64,000 bases of DNA from assembly GCA_943355005.1 (NCBI GenBank), contig CALRDV010000003.1, forward strand, positions 72,590-136,589, given 5' to 3'. The translations under genes were made by a program, and so were the position numbers. The notes below the pieces were generated by a model. That model had not been told where the DNA came from. It saw only the letters and a list, made by a program, of their open reading frames with translations, and ran no database searches. Below are positions 17,300 to 26,591 of this stretch, in pieces. Origin of the DNA: Patescibacteria group bacterium. Its GTDB lineage: Bacteria; Patescibacteriota; Microgenomatia; UBA1400; MFAQ01. How positions within the stretch are numbered: the stretch's first letter is position 1; each line of letters begins with the position of its first letter.

Positions 17300-18997
17300 C
17301 TATATTTTTCTTAGTTGATTGTTTTCTATGACGTGGGTGACTCCGAGGGATTTTAGTTTGAAAATAATTTCGGGATTTAGGCCGTATGCGTTTATATTTT
17401 CGACCATGTCAATCCAGTCTTTTGTGGCGAAGCCGGAGAATCCGCCCAAGCGACGGTGTTTGTGAAACAGGGAGTATAAGGAACGAACAGATTCAATTTC
17501 GTGATCCGGCATGTTCCAGAGTTTGATAGGAAGTTCCAGTATGATATCGTCTGAGGGTAGATTTTTAACTTCTTGATATACGGGATGCATATTTATATTT
17601 ACTGGGTAACCTTTGAGAGGTAGGTCGGCTTCCAGAAACAAAAATGAAAGTATAAGTAGTATAAATGTAAATTTTGTCTTGGCAGCGAGATTCTTGAAAA
17701 TGGGAACTAGCTTGTAGCCGATAATGATTACTGCTGCGAGTAATGCGAGGAGGATGAAGCGGCTGGGAGTGCGGAAGCCGGTGAAGCCTGGGAAGAGGTA
17801 ATAGAAAAGGGCGTACGGAAGGGGAGTGGGGAAGCTAAATATTCGAAGATTTTTGCCGAATATCTTGAGGACTGGGCCGAGGGACATGATAAGGGAGAAG
17901 AATAAAATATATTTCCAGGGATCAAAAATATGGCGTTTCGGACCGCGCCAAAGAAATTGCGTTAAGTATTTCTTCAATGTCATTCCGGGCTTGACCCGGA
18001 ATCTATATAAATAAAATCCGCTAATTCTGGATTCCGGCTCGGTGGCCGGAATGACGACTTTTCTGTTTAGCCTGGATTGCCACGCCTTTTGAAATAGGCT
18101 CTCAATGACAAGAGTTGTGATAAAAAGAGTAATTACTGTCCGGCTGTGATATTTGGTGAAGATTTCGTCCAATCCTAGTGAGAAGGCGGCGGCGTCGCGG
18201 ATGGGTCGGGTGGCTTCGGGAAATTGTAAATGAAGCTGGAGATATGGAAAGAGTAAAGATATCCAGAGTGGAAGAATGAAAATGAATTGAATTAGAATTT
18301 TTAGAAACTGCTCTTTCTTTCTCCAAAACAGACAAAAACAAGCGAAAAAGATTAAGTAAAAGGTAAAAATGCTTTCAGCTAATTGGGCCGTACTGGAGAG
18401 CAGAACAAGTGTAAGAAAGATATTTTTGTCTGTGTCTTGGTATCTGAGGTAGAAATAGATGGTTAGGATAGTGAGCCAAAGTGAGAAAATTTGTAAATGG
18501 GGTAAGTAGGATAGGTGGAAGCCGGTAAAATTGAAAAGAATTGTAGCCAATAACGTAACCCAGTGATCCTTGAATAAATAGTTAAAAAGTAGGTATGAGC
18601 TAATGATGGTCAGGAGGAAATTAGTGATTAAAGCAACGTTAAAAATTAATACCGGGTGATTGGTCAGAGCTCGAAATGGGAGGGTTATTATGGATGTAGT
18701 CAAAAAGAGGTCGGAATAGGTAAGGGTGTCTTTCTCCGGGGCGAAAAAAGTGCCAGAATATAGAGGTTTGTGCTCGATTAAGTTGTTTTGAACTTGACCG
18801 ATGATATAAGCAATGAGACGAGTGTCGTTGTTGTCCGGTAGGATGTCCTTGGGGTAGATAAAAGCCGACGGATAAACAAATAATATTAGAAGTATCGAAA
18901 AAATGCTGATGATAAGCCACTTTCTGACCTGCAAGGAGAGTCCTTGCAGGTAAATAGGGGTATGGGGATTCATGGCTAGAGTATAGCAGTGATACAA
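17300..18997 (-). CDS. Large polytopic membrane protein. A GT-C-type glycosyltransferase-like fold is possible but not verified.
   Basis: 565 aa with many TM segments. A composite hairpin repeat is embedded in-frame at 17979-18085. Confidence 0.7.
   Translation of the reverse strand: MYHCYTLAMNPHTPIYLQGLSLQVRKWLIISIFSILLILFVYPSAFIYPKDILPDNNDTRLIAYIIGQVQNNLIEHKPLYSGTFFAPEKDTLTYSDLFLTTSIITLPFRALTNHPVLIFNVALITNFLLTIISSYLLFNYLFKDHWVTLLATILFNFTGFHLSYLPHLQIFSLWLTILTIYFYLRYQDTDKNIFLTLVLLSSTAQLAESIFTFYLIFFACFCLFWRKKEQFLKILIQFIFILPLWISLLFPYLQLHLQFPEATRPIRDAAAFSLGLDEIFTKYHSRTVITLFITTLVIESLFQKAWQSRLNRKVVIPATEPESRISGFYLYRFRVKPGMTLKKYLTQFLWRGPKRHIFDPWKYILFFSLIMSLGPVLKIFGKNLRIFSFPTPLPYALFYYLFPGFTGFRTPSRFILLALLAAVIIIGYKLVPIFKNLAAKTKFTFILLILSFLFLEADLPLKGYPVNINMHPVYQEVKNLPSDDIILELPIKLWNMPDHEIESVRSLYSLFHKHRRLGGFSGFATKDWIDMVENINAYGLNPEIIFKLKSLGVTHVIENNQLRKI
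17979..18085. repeat. Composite hairpin repeat: reverse type B unit, forward type B unit, then a partial type E unit, all inside the membrane protein CDS.
   Basis: tgtcattccgggcttgacccggaatctatata ... ctggattccggctcggtggccggaatgacgac ... ggattgccacg. Confidence 0.8.
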
Positions 18998-19039
18998 TAT
19001 AGGGTGTAACGGAAATTTGTACCTTAAGGAGTTTAAAAA

Positions 19040-19507
19040 ATGAACAGATTCCAGGTAGATGATTTGGAAATATTGTCAAAGTTGGCTTTGAATGGAAATG
19101 AAAACAGTCGAGAGGTTTGCGTTTCCTATTGGTCTGGAGTACTAACGGCTCTATATATTGCAAGGGAATATGCCCGGGCTCATGTCGACGCTCCAAGATG
19201 GGCTTTTTGGAAACTGGTTTTCGGAAAAATCTCTCCTGTACCTTCCAGGGCTGCTTTCCTAAATCTACTGGAAGAGTACACAAACGACGAGTTTTTCTTT
19301 CCTGGAGATATGATTATAAACAATGACTCCAGAATAGGTGTGTTTGGCGAATATTATTATAAGGGTATGGCTGATGCTATTGAGGTGGGTATTAGACAAG
19401 CACCAAAAGTATTTGAGTTAGTTTCGTCAAAAAGTACAGAGGATTTGAGGGATTGGCTTATGTCGAAGATTAGCTGGGCTAGACAAAACCTGGAAAAGTA
19501 TTTGTGA
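19040..19507 (+). CDS. Hypothetical protein.
   Basis: 155 aa ORF. Terminator at 19515-19542 (gcgacccgccacggcgggtcgc followed by T5). Confidence 0.5.
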   Translation: MNRFQVDDLEILSKLALNGNENSREVCVSYWSGVLTALYIAREYARAHVDAPRWAFWKLVFGKISPVPSRAAFLNLLEEYTNDEFFFPGDMIINNDSRIGVFGEYYYKGMADAIEVGIRQAPKVFELVSSKSTEDLRDWLMSKISWARQNLEKYL

Positions 19508-19710
19508 GATTTGAGCGACCCGCCACGGCGGGTCGCTTTTTGTTGATTGTGGTATATTTGACTATTAAACTAGGTTTGGAAGCGTGCACCAAACTGTAGA
19601 AGGCGGCTAATGACCGACGAAGTCCTGCGTAAAAGGATAAATTAAGAAATCCGCCATAAGGCGAGACTAAAGCGTTGAGGTGGAACCGTCCGACCTAAAG
19701 TCGAGACCCG

Positions 19711-19736
19711 CAACAAATATTTATAAATATTTGTTG
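19711..19736. promoter_or_regulatory. Perfect 26-nt palindrome caacaaatatttataaatatttgttg, ending 2 nt before the PIG-L start codon.
   Basis: Read directly. It overlaps the expected ribosome-binding region. Confidence 0.45.
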
Positions 19737-19738
19737 TT

Positions 19739-20461
19739 ATGAAATCAATCGATAGTTATTTGAGTCAGATTACCAATAAAAAATTGTTGGTGGTTTTTCC
19801 GCACCCGGATGATGAATCCGTCATGGCGGGAGGTATTATCCAAAGAGCAATGACTCATGGCTTTCAGGTGACAGTGCTTACTCTTACTGAGGGTGATAGG
19901 GGAAAGATACATATTTCCGGAAAGGGGAGAAGTGTGGCAGAAATCCGCAGGCAGGAAATGGCGCTAGCTATGAGTAGGCTAGGGGTGATGGATTGGATTA
20001 TGTGGAGATTTGATGACGGCAAACTTCGGCAAAAGAATGTTTGGAGGGATAGACTTAAAAATTTTATCTCGGATACTAAACCTGGTTTGATAGTCACCTA
20101 CGATTTATCAGGAGTTACGAGTCATCCTGACCACATTAGTGCCTCTTTGGAGGTATTGAGGGAGGTAAAAAGAGGTGGAACCGCCAAACTTCTTTGGGTA
20201 AGTTTTGAGGGTTTTATGAAAGATAGGATAGTGGATAAAAGAGTGCTGAGTTATTTGAAATCGCCTAAGTACTCATTACGTTTAAGCCGCAGAGATGCTG
20301 CGAAGAAGTGGCGAGCGGTCTTTGCGCATAAAAGCCAGGGGCTAGGTGGCTTCCTGGGTTTCCCTTGGTGGATGCTAATGTTTGTAGCTAGACATGAGTG
20401 GTACTCTGAATTCGAGCCTGATGCTAAGTACAAATACAAGTTCGTGCCGTTCAAAATCTAG
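19739..20461 (+). CDS. PIG-L/LmbE family deacetylase.
   Basis: N-terminal VVFPHPDDESVMAGG motif typical of LmbE-like N-acetylglucosaminyl deacetylases. Confidence 0.8.
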   Translation: MKSIDSYLSQITNKKLLVVFPHPDDESVMAGGIIQRAMTHGFQVTVLTLTEGDRGKIHISGKGRSVAEIRRQEMALAMSRLGVMDWIMWRFDDGKLRQKNVWRDRLKNFISDTKPGLIVTYDLSGVTSHPDHISASLEVLREVKRGGTAKLLWVSFEGFMKDRIVDKRVLSYLKSPKYSLRLSRRDAAKKWRAVFAHKSQGLGGFLGFPWWMLMFVARHEWYSEFEPDAKYKYKFVPFKI

Positions 20462-20535
20462 CCTATAGCTGGAATATTGGGTGGTTTTGGTGTAGAATAG
20501 GCAAGAAATTCTTTGAAAACTAATTGGAGGAATAA

Positions 20536-20904
20536 ATGGCAGATCAAAAAAGTTTGTTGCATACGGTGAATGAAATATTATCTGGTCACTTGACGGCGTT
20601 CGATGACATGTATATAGCAGGTACTTTAGCCGCTCTAGTATTGGTTCGCCACATGATCAGCAGTGGAATTGGTTTAAACTATTTCCACAATATACTGGCC
20701 TTTTACCCCTCGGGGAAAAAAGATTACAACAGGGGTTTAGTCGATAGTTTCGAAAGTCTGTACAAATGCTGGAAAGAGGCTTACGGAGTTGGTGGAAATA
20801 GACTAGCAACCAACAAGGTTCTTGAAATAATCGATCAAGTCGAGAAAAGAATTGAGACCGGTTCTTTAGATATTTCACAAGGTACCAAAAAGGGTACGAG
20901 ATAA
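20536..20904 (+). CDS. Hypothetical protein, member 1 of a four-gene paralog cassette.
   Basis: 122 aa. Shares the C-terminal motif Y-x2-G-[LVIM]-x2-[SG]-F-x3-[YFV]-x2-[YWF]. Its RBS and start ggaggaataaatggcag is identical to that of the next gene. Confidence 0.55.
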   Translation: MADQKSLLHTVNEILSGHLTAFDDMYIAGTLAALVLVRHMISSGIGLNYFHNILAFYPSGKKDYNRGLVDSFESLYKCWKEAYGVGGNRLATNKVLEIIDQVEKRIETGSLDISQGTKKGTR

Positions 20905-20923
20905 ACAATGTGTGGAGGAATAA

Positions 20924-21379
20924 ATGGCAGCAAAAAGGCTTGAAGACTTTTGGTTACTGAAGTTTAAATTAGAAGTGAAAGCTTCGAAAGAGGCTACTTT
21001 GAGTGATTATTCTGGCGGAATTCATTATGGGATCTTGACCGGACTGAAAATTGCATCTGTGATGGTTGCTAATAAATTAGTTTCTGATCAAGATGTGTAC
21101 TGTATTTTGGTTAGTAATAACGTAACAATCGAGCAAATTATTGCGGCCTTGAATAACATGCATGCCTCAAGAGGTGTGGTTTACGAAACCAGATACATTT
21201 TGCATAACTTTTCGGGAAAGCCAGGAAAGAAATACTACGATGCTGGGGTTGAACTCGGGTTTAACTATGTCTTCGACATGTACCAAGCTTATATTGATGC
21301 TGGGGCAACATCTGAAGGTGCCAAAAATGTTGTGAAGTTTCGTATTAATCAGCTTCATCGTGAAGTTCTATATTCTTAA
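20924..21379 (+). CDS. Hypothetical protein, paralog 2.
   Basis: 151 aa. Motif YDAGVELGFNYVFDMY. N-terminal similarity to the ORF at 21936. Confidence 0.55.
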   Translation: MAAKRLEDFWLLKFKLEVKASKEATLSDYSGGIHYGILTGLKIASVMVANKLVSDQDVYCILVSNNVTIEQIIAALNNMHASRGVVYETRYILHNFSGKPGKKYYDAGVELGFNYVFDMYQAYIDAGATSEGAKNVVKFRINQLHREVLYS

Positions 21380-21851
21380 GTTTGGAGGAAGAATTATGAT
21401 TCCGTCACTTGAAACAGAACTGGATGTATTTATCGCCACACATGACTCATCTGAAATTCGAGCATATAAGGATGGATTAAAAACGGGGTTGAATTTATTT
21501 GAGAGTTTAATTCAGAAGGGTTTGAGACATATGCCTAAAGAGTTATGGCATTTCCTCATGGAAAAGAGAATTAAGCGTCTCAGTTTTGGAGACTTGATGA
21601 TTGGAGTACAAACTGAATCGGGGATGTCGACCAATCCGGCCTTGTATATAAATCAAGACGATTACCTTTGTAAAGGAACCATGCACCAGTCCTACCTACA
21701 AGGTATGGTAGACAGTTTTTATGCTGCCTATGTCGTGTTTGAAGGAACCCACCTCCAAGTAGATGCAAAATCTGATGTTTGGGTGGAAGCAGAGAGACTG
21801 ACAGCAAAATTTCTTTACCGCTTAAGGACCTATATCGAAGAGGCCCAGTAA
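21360..21851 (+). CDS. Hypothetical protein, paralog 3.
   Basis: 163 aa. Motif YLQGMVDSFYAAYVVF. Followed by the terminator gtccccgccaatggcggggcttttt. Confidence 0.55.
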   Translation: MKFYILKFGGRIMIPSLETELDVFIATHDSSEIRAYKDGLKTGLNLFESLIQKGLRHMPKELWHFLMEKRIKRLSFGDLMIGVQTESGMSTNPALYINQDDYLCKGTMHQSYLQGMVDSFYAAYVVFEGTHLQVDAKSDVWVEAERLTAKFLYRLRTYIEEAQ

Positions 21852-21852
21852 A

Positions 21853-21882
21853 TATTGTCCCCGCCAATGGCGGGGCTTTTTT
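21853..21882 (+). terminator. Rho-independent terminator.
   Basis: gtccccgccaatggcggggc followed by tttttt. An identical hairpin recurs at 22403. Confidence 0.7.
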
Positions 21883-21935
21883 GTGATTGTGATAAACTTG
21901 GCGGGAAATTACCTTGATAATTAATTGGAGGTCAA

Positions 21936-22394
21936 ATGGATAAGGTTTTTGACGATTTTCTGGTCTCGGTGAAATTAAAGTTGATTGAGATGCAACAATC
22001 CCACTTTTTTATTGGAGCAATCGAGAGCGTACAGTTCGGAACTGTTACCGGGCTAATCTTGGGAAAAGCTTGGATCGCCGGATTGAAACCGGTAACCTTT
22101 AACGATTACCACTGGTTAGTTCTTGGTTATTTATCTGAACCGAGAGATGAAATTGAGGTTTGTCTGGAAAAAGCGAACGAGTATATGCTGCCGGACCATA
22201 AATTTACCAAAGATATGTACGAAGGGAGCGGAGGAAGAAAGGTGTTTTTTAAGGAATATCAGCAAGGGATTAGAAATGGTTTCCTCTACGCAGTTGATCT
22301 ATTTAATCTTTACAATGAGAGACTTGCAAAAGATGCTCTTAAGTTTGCGACCGATCACTTGGATTGTGTAATTTCTGCTTTAAAAGACTTTTAA
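21936..22394 (+). CDS. Hypothetical protein, paralog 4.
   Basis: 152 aa. Motif YQQGIRNGFLYAVDLF. Followed by the same terminator. Confidence 0.55.
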   Translation: MDKVFDDFLVSVKLKLIEMQQSHFFIGAIESVQFGTVTGLILGKAWIAGLKPVTFNDYHWLVLGYLSEPRDEIEVCLEKANEYMLPDHKFTKDMYEGSGGRKVFFKEYQQGIRNGFLYAVDLFNLYNERLAKDALKFATDHLDCVISALKDF

Positions 22395-22402
22395 TAGATA
22401 GG

Positions 22403-22432
22403 TTTGTCCCCGCCAATGGCGGGGCTTTTTGT
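22403..22432 (+). terminator. Rho-independent terminator, identical to the one at 21853.
   Basis: gtccccgccaatggcggggc followed by ttttt. Confidence 0.7.
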
Positions 22433-22462
22433 GTTCGGGGGGTAAAGTGGGTTAAAATATAG

Positions 22463-23902
22463 GTGATGCTAAAGATATTTAATTCGCTATCCAAGAATAT
22501 TGAGGAATTTAAGCCTATTAAGCTGGGCGAGGTGGGTATGTATGCCTGTGGTCCCACGGTCTACGACTATCCTCATATCGGCCATGGACGGAAATATGTG
22601 AACGATGACGTCCTGAAACGGGTTCTGGAGGTAGTGGAGGGTTACAAGGTGGAGCATGTGCAAAACATTACCGATGTGGGGCACTTGGTATCGGATGCCG
22701 ACGAAGGTGAAGATAAGCTGGAAAAGGGAGCCAAGAAAGCCGGGAAGACGGTCTGGGAGGTAGCTCAGGAGTTTACCGATTATTTTTTGAAGGAAATGGA
22801 CTCTTTGAATATTATCCGCCCGGACATTGAGTGCAAGGCGACGGATCACATTCCTGAACAAGTTGAACTGATAAAGAAGATTATTGAAAATGGTTATGGT
22901 TATGATACTGCTGAAGCGGTTTACTTTGATGTGACTAAGTTTGAAGATTATGGAAAGCTTTTTGGGCAGTCCTTGGAGGATAAGCTGGTGGGAGTTCGTG
23001 AGGAAGTGGTGACGGACAATAGTAAGAAACATCCGGCTGACTTTGCTTTGTGGTTTAAAAGAGTCGGGAAGTATGCCGATCATGTGATGCATTGGGAAAG
23101 TCCTTGGGGAGATGGCTTCCCCGGCTGGCATATCGAGTGTAGTGCCATGAGCATGAAGTATCTGGGAGAGCAAATTGATTTGCATACAGGCGGAGAAGAT
23201 CACTTGTCCATTCACCATCCAAATGAAATTGCCCAGAGTGAAGCGGCGACCGGAAAGAAGCCTTTTGTAAAGTACTGGTTCCATAGTTTGTTCCTTGCGG
23301 TCGATGGTAAGAAAATGAGTAAAAGTTTGGGTAATGTCTACAAAGTCGCCGATATCGTGGAAAAAGGTTTTTCACCTATGGCACTTAGATACTATTATTT
23401 ATCTGCACACTATCGTAAACAAATGAATTTTTCCTGGGAGGGAATGGAGGGGGTTTCGAATTCGTATAAGAAACTGAAGAAGGAATTTTTGTCTTTGCGA
23501 GTAGAAGGAGGGCAGGACAAAAATGTTTTTGGTAAAAATGCAGTAGAACTTTCCGGCAGAGAAACATATTTCCGTGATGAGTTTGTAAATGCGGTGGAAA
23601 ATGATTTGAACATGTCTGAAGCTTTGGCAGTAGCCCGAGCTGTCTTAAAGGATGACATTCTTTCTTCTTTTGAGAAAAGAAGATTGGTGGAAAACTTTGA
23701 TAAAGTTTTTGGACTTAAACTTTCGGAGCACGATGATATGCCAATCGAAGTCCCGGCCGAAGTGACAGAGCTTGTAAACAAAAGAGAAGAAATGAGAAAG
23801 TCCAAACAGTGGGCAGAGTCCGACTCACTACGACTTGAAATCGAAAAACTTGGCTACAAGGTTTCAGACTTTTTTGACGGGGTAAAAGTGGAAAAAATAT
23901 AG
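22463..23902 (+). CDS. cysS: Cysteinyl-tRNA synthetase.
   Basis: HIGH-class motif [12 protein letters not shown] motif KMSKSLGN, and an N-terminus like CysS. Confidence 0.9.
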   Translation: MMLKIFNSLSKNIEEFKPIKLGEVGMYACGPTVYDYPHIGHGRKYVNDDVLKRVLEVVEGYKVEHVQNITDVGHLVSDADEGEDKLEKGAKKAGKTVWEVAQEFTDYFLKEMDSLNIIRPDIECKATDHIPEQVELIKKIIENGYGYDTAEAVYFDVTKFEDYGKLFGQSLEDKLVGVREEVVTDNSKKHPADFALWFKRVGKYADHVMHWESPWGDGFPGWHIECSAMSMKYLGEQIDLHTGGEDHLSIHHPNEIAQSEAATGKKPFVKYWFHSLFLAVDGKKMSKSLGNVYKVADIVEKGFSPMALRYYYLSAHYRKQMNFSWEGMEGVSNSYKKLKKEFLSLRVEGGQDKNVFGKNAVELSGRETYFRDEFVNAVENDLNMSEALAVARAVLKDDILSSFEKRRLVENFDKVFGLKLSEHDDMPIEVPAEVTELVNKREEMRKSKQWAESDSLRLEIEKLGYKVSDFFDGVKVEKI

Positions 23903-23945
23903 CTTGGATTGCCACGACCCGCCGTGGCGGGTCTCGCAATGACTG
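23894..23945 (+). repeat. Hairpin repeat, type E variant with a GC-rich stem (ggattgccacgacccgccgtggcgggtctcgcaatgac).
   Basis: ATTGC...GCAATGAC ends are shared with the other type E units. It probably acts as the cysS terminator. Confidence 0.7.
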
Positions 23946-23964
23946 ACGGAGTATAATTAGAAGA

Positions 23965-24720
23965 ATGGAAATATATATCGTCGGTATTATTCTTTTCGTA
24001 TTGTTTTCGAGTTTGAAGATTGTTCAAGAGTACGAAAGGGGTGTTATCTTTTTTCTTGGTAGGTGTACCGGTGTTCGTGGTCCTGGACTAATTATTCTGA
24101 TTCCTTTCTTGGAGGTAATGAAAAAAGTTCAATTGAGAACTATAACCATGGGGATTCCGTCACAAAAGATAATCACCAAGGATAACGTTTCCATTGATAT
24201 CGCGGCTGTCGCTTATTACCATTTGGTAGATCCGATGAAATCGGTGGTGGCGATAGATGATGTCTATAGTGCAGTAAATCAAATTTCCCAGACTACCGTG
24301 CGAAACGTGGTCGGTCAATTCACCCTGGATGAACTACTTTCTCAGACCACGAAAATAAATCAACAGATTCAAAAGGTAATTGATACTCATACTGAACCTT
24401 GGGGGGCTCAGGTCACTGCTGTAGAGATTAAAGATATTGCTTTACCGGACAATATGCAAAGAGCAATGGCGAAAGAAGCCGAAGCCGAGAGAGAGAGAAG
24501 AGCAAAGGTGGTCGCAGCCGAAGGAGAGTTCCAATCAGCTCAGAAACTAGCTGAAGCTGCAGACGTAATCTCAGCTCACCCGGTAGCTTTACAGCTCAGA
24601 ACATTGCAAACAATGGCAGAGATTTCTGTAGAAAAGAATTCAACTATTATTTTCCCGGCTCAGTTTATGACCACGGTGCAAGAGGCTATCTCGATGATAA
24701 GAGGGGATAATAAGAAGTAG
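23965..24720 (+). CDS. SPFH/band-7 (stomatin-like) membrane protein.
   Basis: N-terminal TM, a band-7 core, and a C-terminal AEAERER coiled coil. Confidence 0.8.
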   Translation: MEIYIVGIILFVLFSSLKIVQEYERGVIFFLGRCTGVRGPGLIILIPFLEVMKKVQLRTITMGIPSQKIITKDNVSIDIAAVAYYHLVDPMKSVVAIDDVYSAVNQISQTTVRNVVGQFTLDELLSQTTKINQQIQKVIDTHTEPWGAQVTAVEIKDIALPDNMQRAMAKEAEAERERRAKVVAAEGEFQSAQKLAEAADVISAHPVALQLRTLQTMAEISVEKNSTIIFPAQFMTTVQEAISMIRGDNKK

Positions 24721-24786
24721 TTTTGGAGTAGGATGTGTGCATTAAAAAACCATCCCGTTTAGAGATGGTTTCTGTTTGCCTGGCTT

Positions 24787-24945
24787 TCAATAACCGGCGC
24801 TTTTGATAAACGCCGGGATATTAAATATGGCAAAGCCAAAGTTAGCAAACAATAGAACAACTGTTATGGCCTTGTCAAAGGCCAGCGCCCAACTTACTAT
24901 CAAACAAACAGCTAGCATTATTTGCAGAATTAGTCTCCAACTCAT
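24787..24945 (-). CDS. Small membrane protein of 52 aa, not in the ORF track.
   Basis: ATG with AAGGAG ribosome-binding site at -11..-6. Encodes MSWRLILQIMLAVCLIVSWALAFDKAITVVLLFANFGFAIFNIPAFIKSAGY. Confidence 0.45.
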   Translation of the reverse strand: MSWRLILQIMLAVCLIVSWALAFDKAITVVLLFANFGFAIFNIPAFIKSAGY

Positions 24946-24997
24946 GTTGACTCCTTATTTGTAGAATATCCTATATTACATCATTTTTATGGTTTTG

Positions 24998-26590
24998 TCA
25001 AGACTCCCGGTAGTGGCAGCCGATGGATTTTGGGTTCGCATAAGCAGCTTTAGCCACGATTAGGGAGACTAAGACCATGTTTCTGAGGCCTAATAATTCA
25101 TCTGACAGGGTGGCTTCCCGATAGAACTTGTTGATGGTGTTCTCCATTTGTGACAGATCCGAGATGGCTCTTTCGAGAAGTGGGGTTTTTCGAACCAATC
25201 CGACCATGTTCCACATGATGTTTTTTACCGTGTTTGCATCGGCGGACATGAGGGCGCTGTCAGCGGGGAATTTTTTGAAGTAGTTCCAAGAGGGGACGTC
25301 TGAGGAGTTTATTTTTATAGATTCCCGATCAGGTCGGGAATGACAAAATGTATTGGTAATGGATTTGGCGGCGCGGGAGCCAAACACGAGACCTTCCAGA
25401 AGGGAGGTGCTAGCCAGACGATTGCCACCGTGTAACCCCGTGCAAGAGATTTCGCCCACAGCATAAAGATTTTTTATGGATGATTTGCCAACGAGGTCTG
25501 TCAAAATTCCACCGCACATATAATGAGCGGCCGGAGAAACAGGGATGAGGTTTGTCGTAATATCTATTCCATATTTGAGACAGCTTTCATGAATCATGGG
25601 AAAATGTTTCAATATTTCTTCTTTGGAAATATAAGACTTTAAGTCCAGATATACATTTGAAGCTCCTGTCTCCAGCATTTCGGTAAAGATAGCTCTCGAG
25701 ACCTTGTCGCGGGTGGTAAGGTCTGGTTTGTCCAATTCCGGATAGTATTTTTGCATAAAAGGAATACCTTGTGAATTTGTTAGACGCGCACCTTCTCCGC
25801 GGACTGCCTCACTAATAAGGAATGGTGGAGCTCCGGTAATTTTTAAAGCGGTTGGGTGAAATTGTTCGTATTCCATATTTAGTAGCTTTGCTCCGGCACG
25901 ATAAGCCATAGCGATGCCATCTCCTCTAGCTCCTTTGGGGTTCGTAGTAAATGCAAAGATTTGGCCGTTACCACCGCTGGCTAGAATAGTAGTTTTTGCC
26001 AAAATTCTGGAAATAATGCCGTCTGCTTGATCGAAGGCGTATACCCCAACACAAGTATCGGTGCCATATTTATTCAACCAGTTATTGGTTTGGTGACCGG
26101 TAGTTATTAAGTCGACCGCAGTTAGATGATCAAAAATAGTAACGTTGCTTAATTTTTTTAAAGATTCGGTGAGATGTTCTTGAATGGATCTACCCGTAAA
26201 ATCAGAAACTTTAGCGACTCGTGGTTCTTTGTGGCCGCCCTCAAGAGCATAGGATAAATTTCCGTCTTTCTCCTTGTCAAAGGGAACGTTTGCGATTTCC
26301 AGTAATATTTTGTCTACTAAGGCAGGTCCTTCGTCAGCTAAGATTTGAGCGGCTTCAGGAAGTCCAATTCCATCGGCTGATTTTAGGATATCTTCGACTA
26401 GGTCCGGGCCACCTTTGGCAATGATGCCACCTTGGGCATAATTGGTATTTGATTCGTTTGGAGTTTCGGCTCTGGTTAATATTATTATTTTGATGGTCGG
26501 ATCCTGTTTGCTAATTTCGATAGCGGCAGTTGCTCCTGCAATGCCGGTGCCAATGATGAGTATGTCTGCTGTGAGGAGTTCTTGTTTCAT
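24998..26590 (-). CDS. nadB: L-aspartate oxidase.
   Basis: 530 aa with the FAD-binding N-terminus DILIIGTGIAGATAA. In an operon with nadA and nadC. Contains an in-frame type A repeat at 25316-25345. Confidence 0.9.
   Translation of the reverse strand: MKQELLTADILIIGTGIAGATAAIEISKQDPTIKIIILTRAETPNESNTNYAQGGIIAKGGPDLVEDILKSADGIGLPEAAQILADEGPALVDKILLEIANVPFDKEKDGNLSYALEGGHKEPRVAKVSDFTGRSIQEHLTESLKKLSNVTIFDHLTAVDLITTGHQTNNWLNKYGTDTCVGVYAFDQADGIISRILAKTTILASGGNGQIFAFTTNPKGARGDGIAMAYRAGAKLLNMEYEQFHPTALKITGAPPFLISEAVRGEGARLTNSQGIPFMQKYYPELDKPDLTTRDKVSRAIFTEMLETGASNVYLDLKSYISKEEILKHFPMIHESCLKYGIDITTNLIPVSPAAHYMCGGILTDLVGKSSIKNLYAVGEISCTGLHGGNRLASTSLLEGLVFGSRAAKSITNTFCHSRPDRESIKINSSDVPSWNYFKKFPADSALMSADANTVKNIMWNMVGLVRKTPLLERAISDLSQMENTINKFYREATLSDELLGLRNMVLVSLIVAKAAYANPKSIGCHYRES
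25316..25345 (+). repeat. Type A hairpin repeat (tatagattcccgatcaggtcgggaatgaca) inside the nadB coding sequence.
   Basis: Identical 30-mer to those at 1898 and 36182. Translated in nadB as TFCHSRPDRESIKI. Confidence 0.85.
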
Positions 26591-26591
26591 A

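Noticed and set aside
19545-19738. Assigning the structured intergenic region to a specific riboswitch class (fluoride, SAM and others) or to SRP/6S RNA.
   Set aside because: I could not match the conserved cores of any known class by eye. Only a generic structured-RNA candidate is reported.
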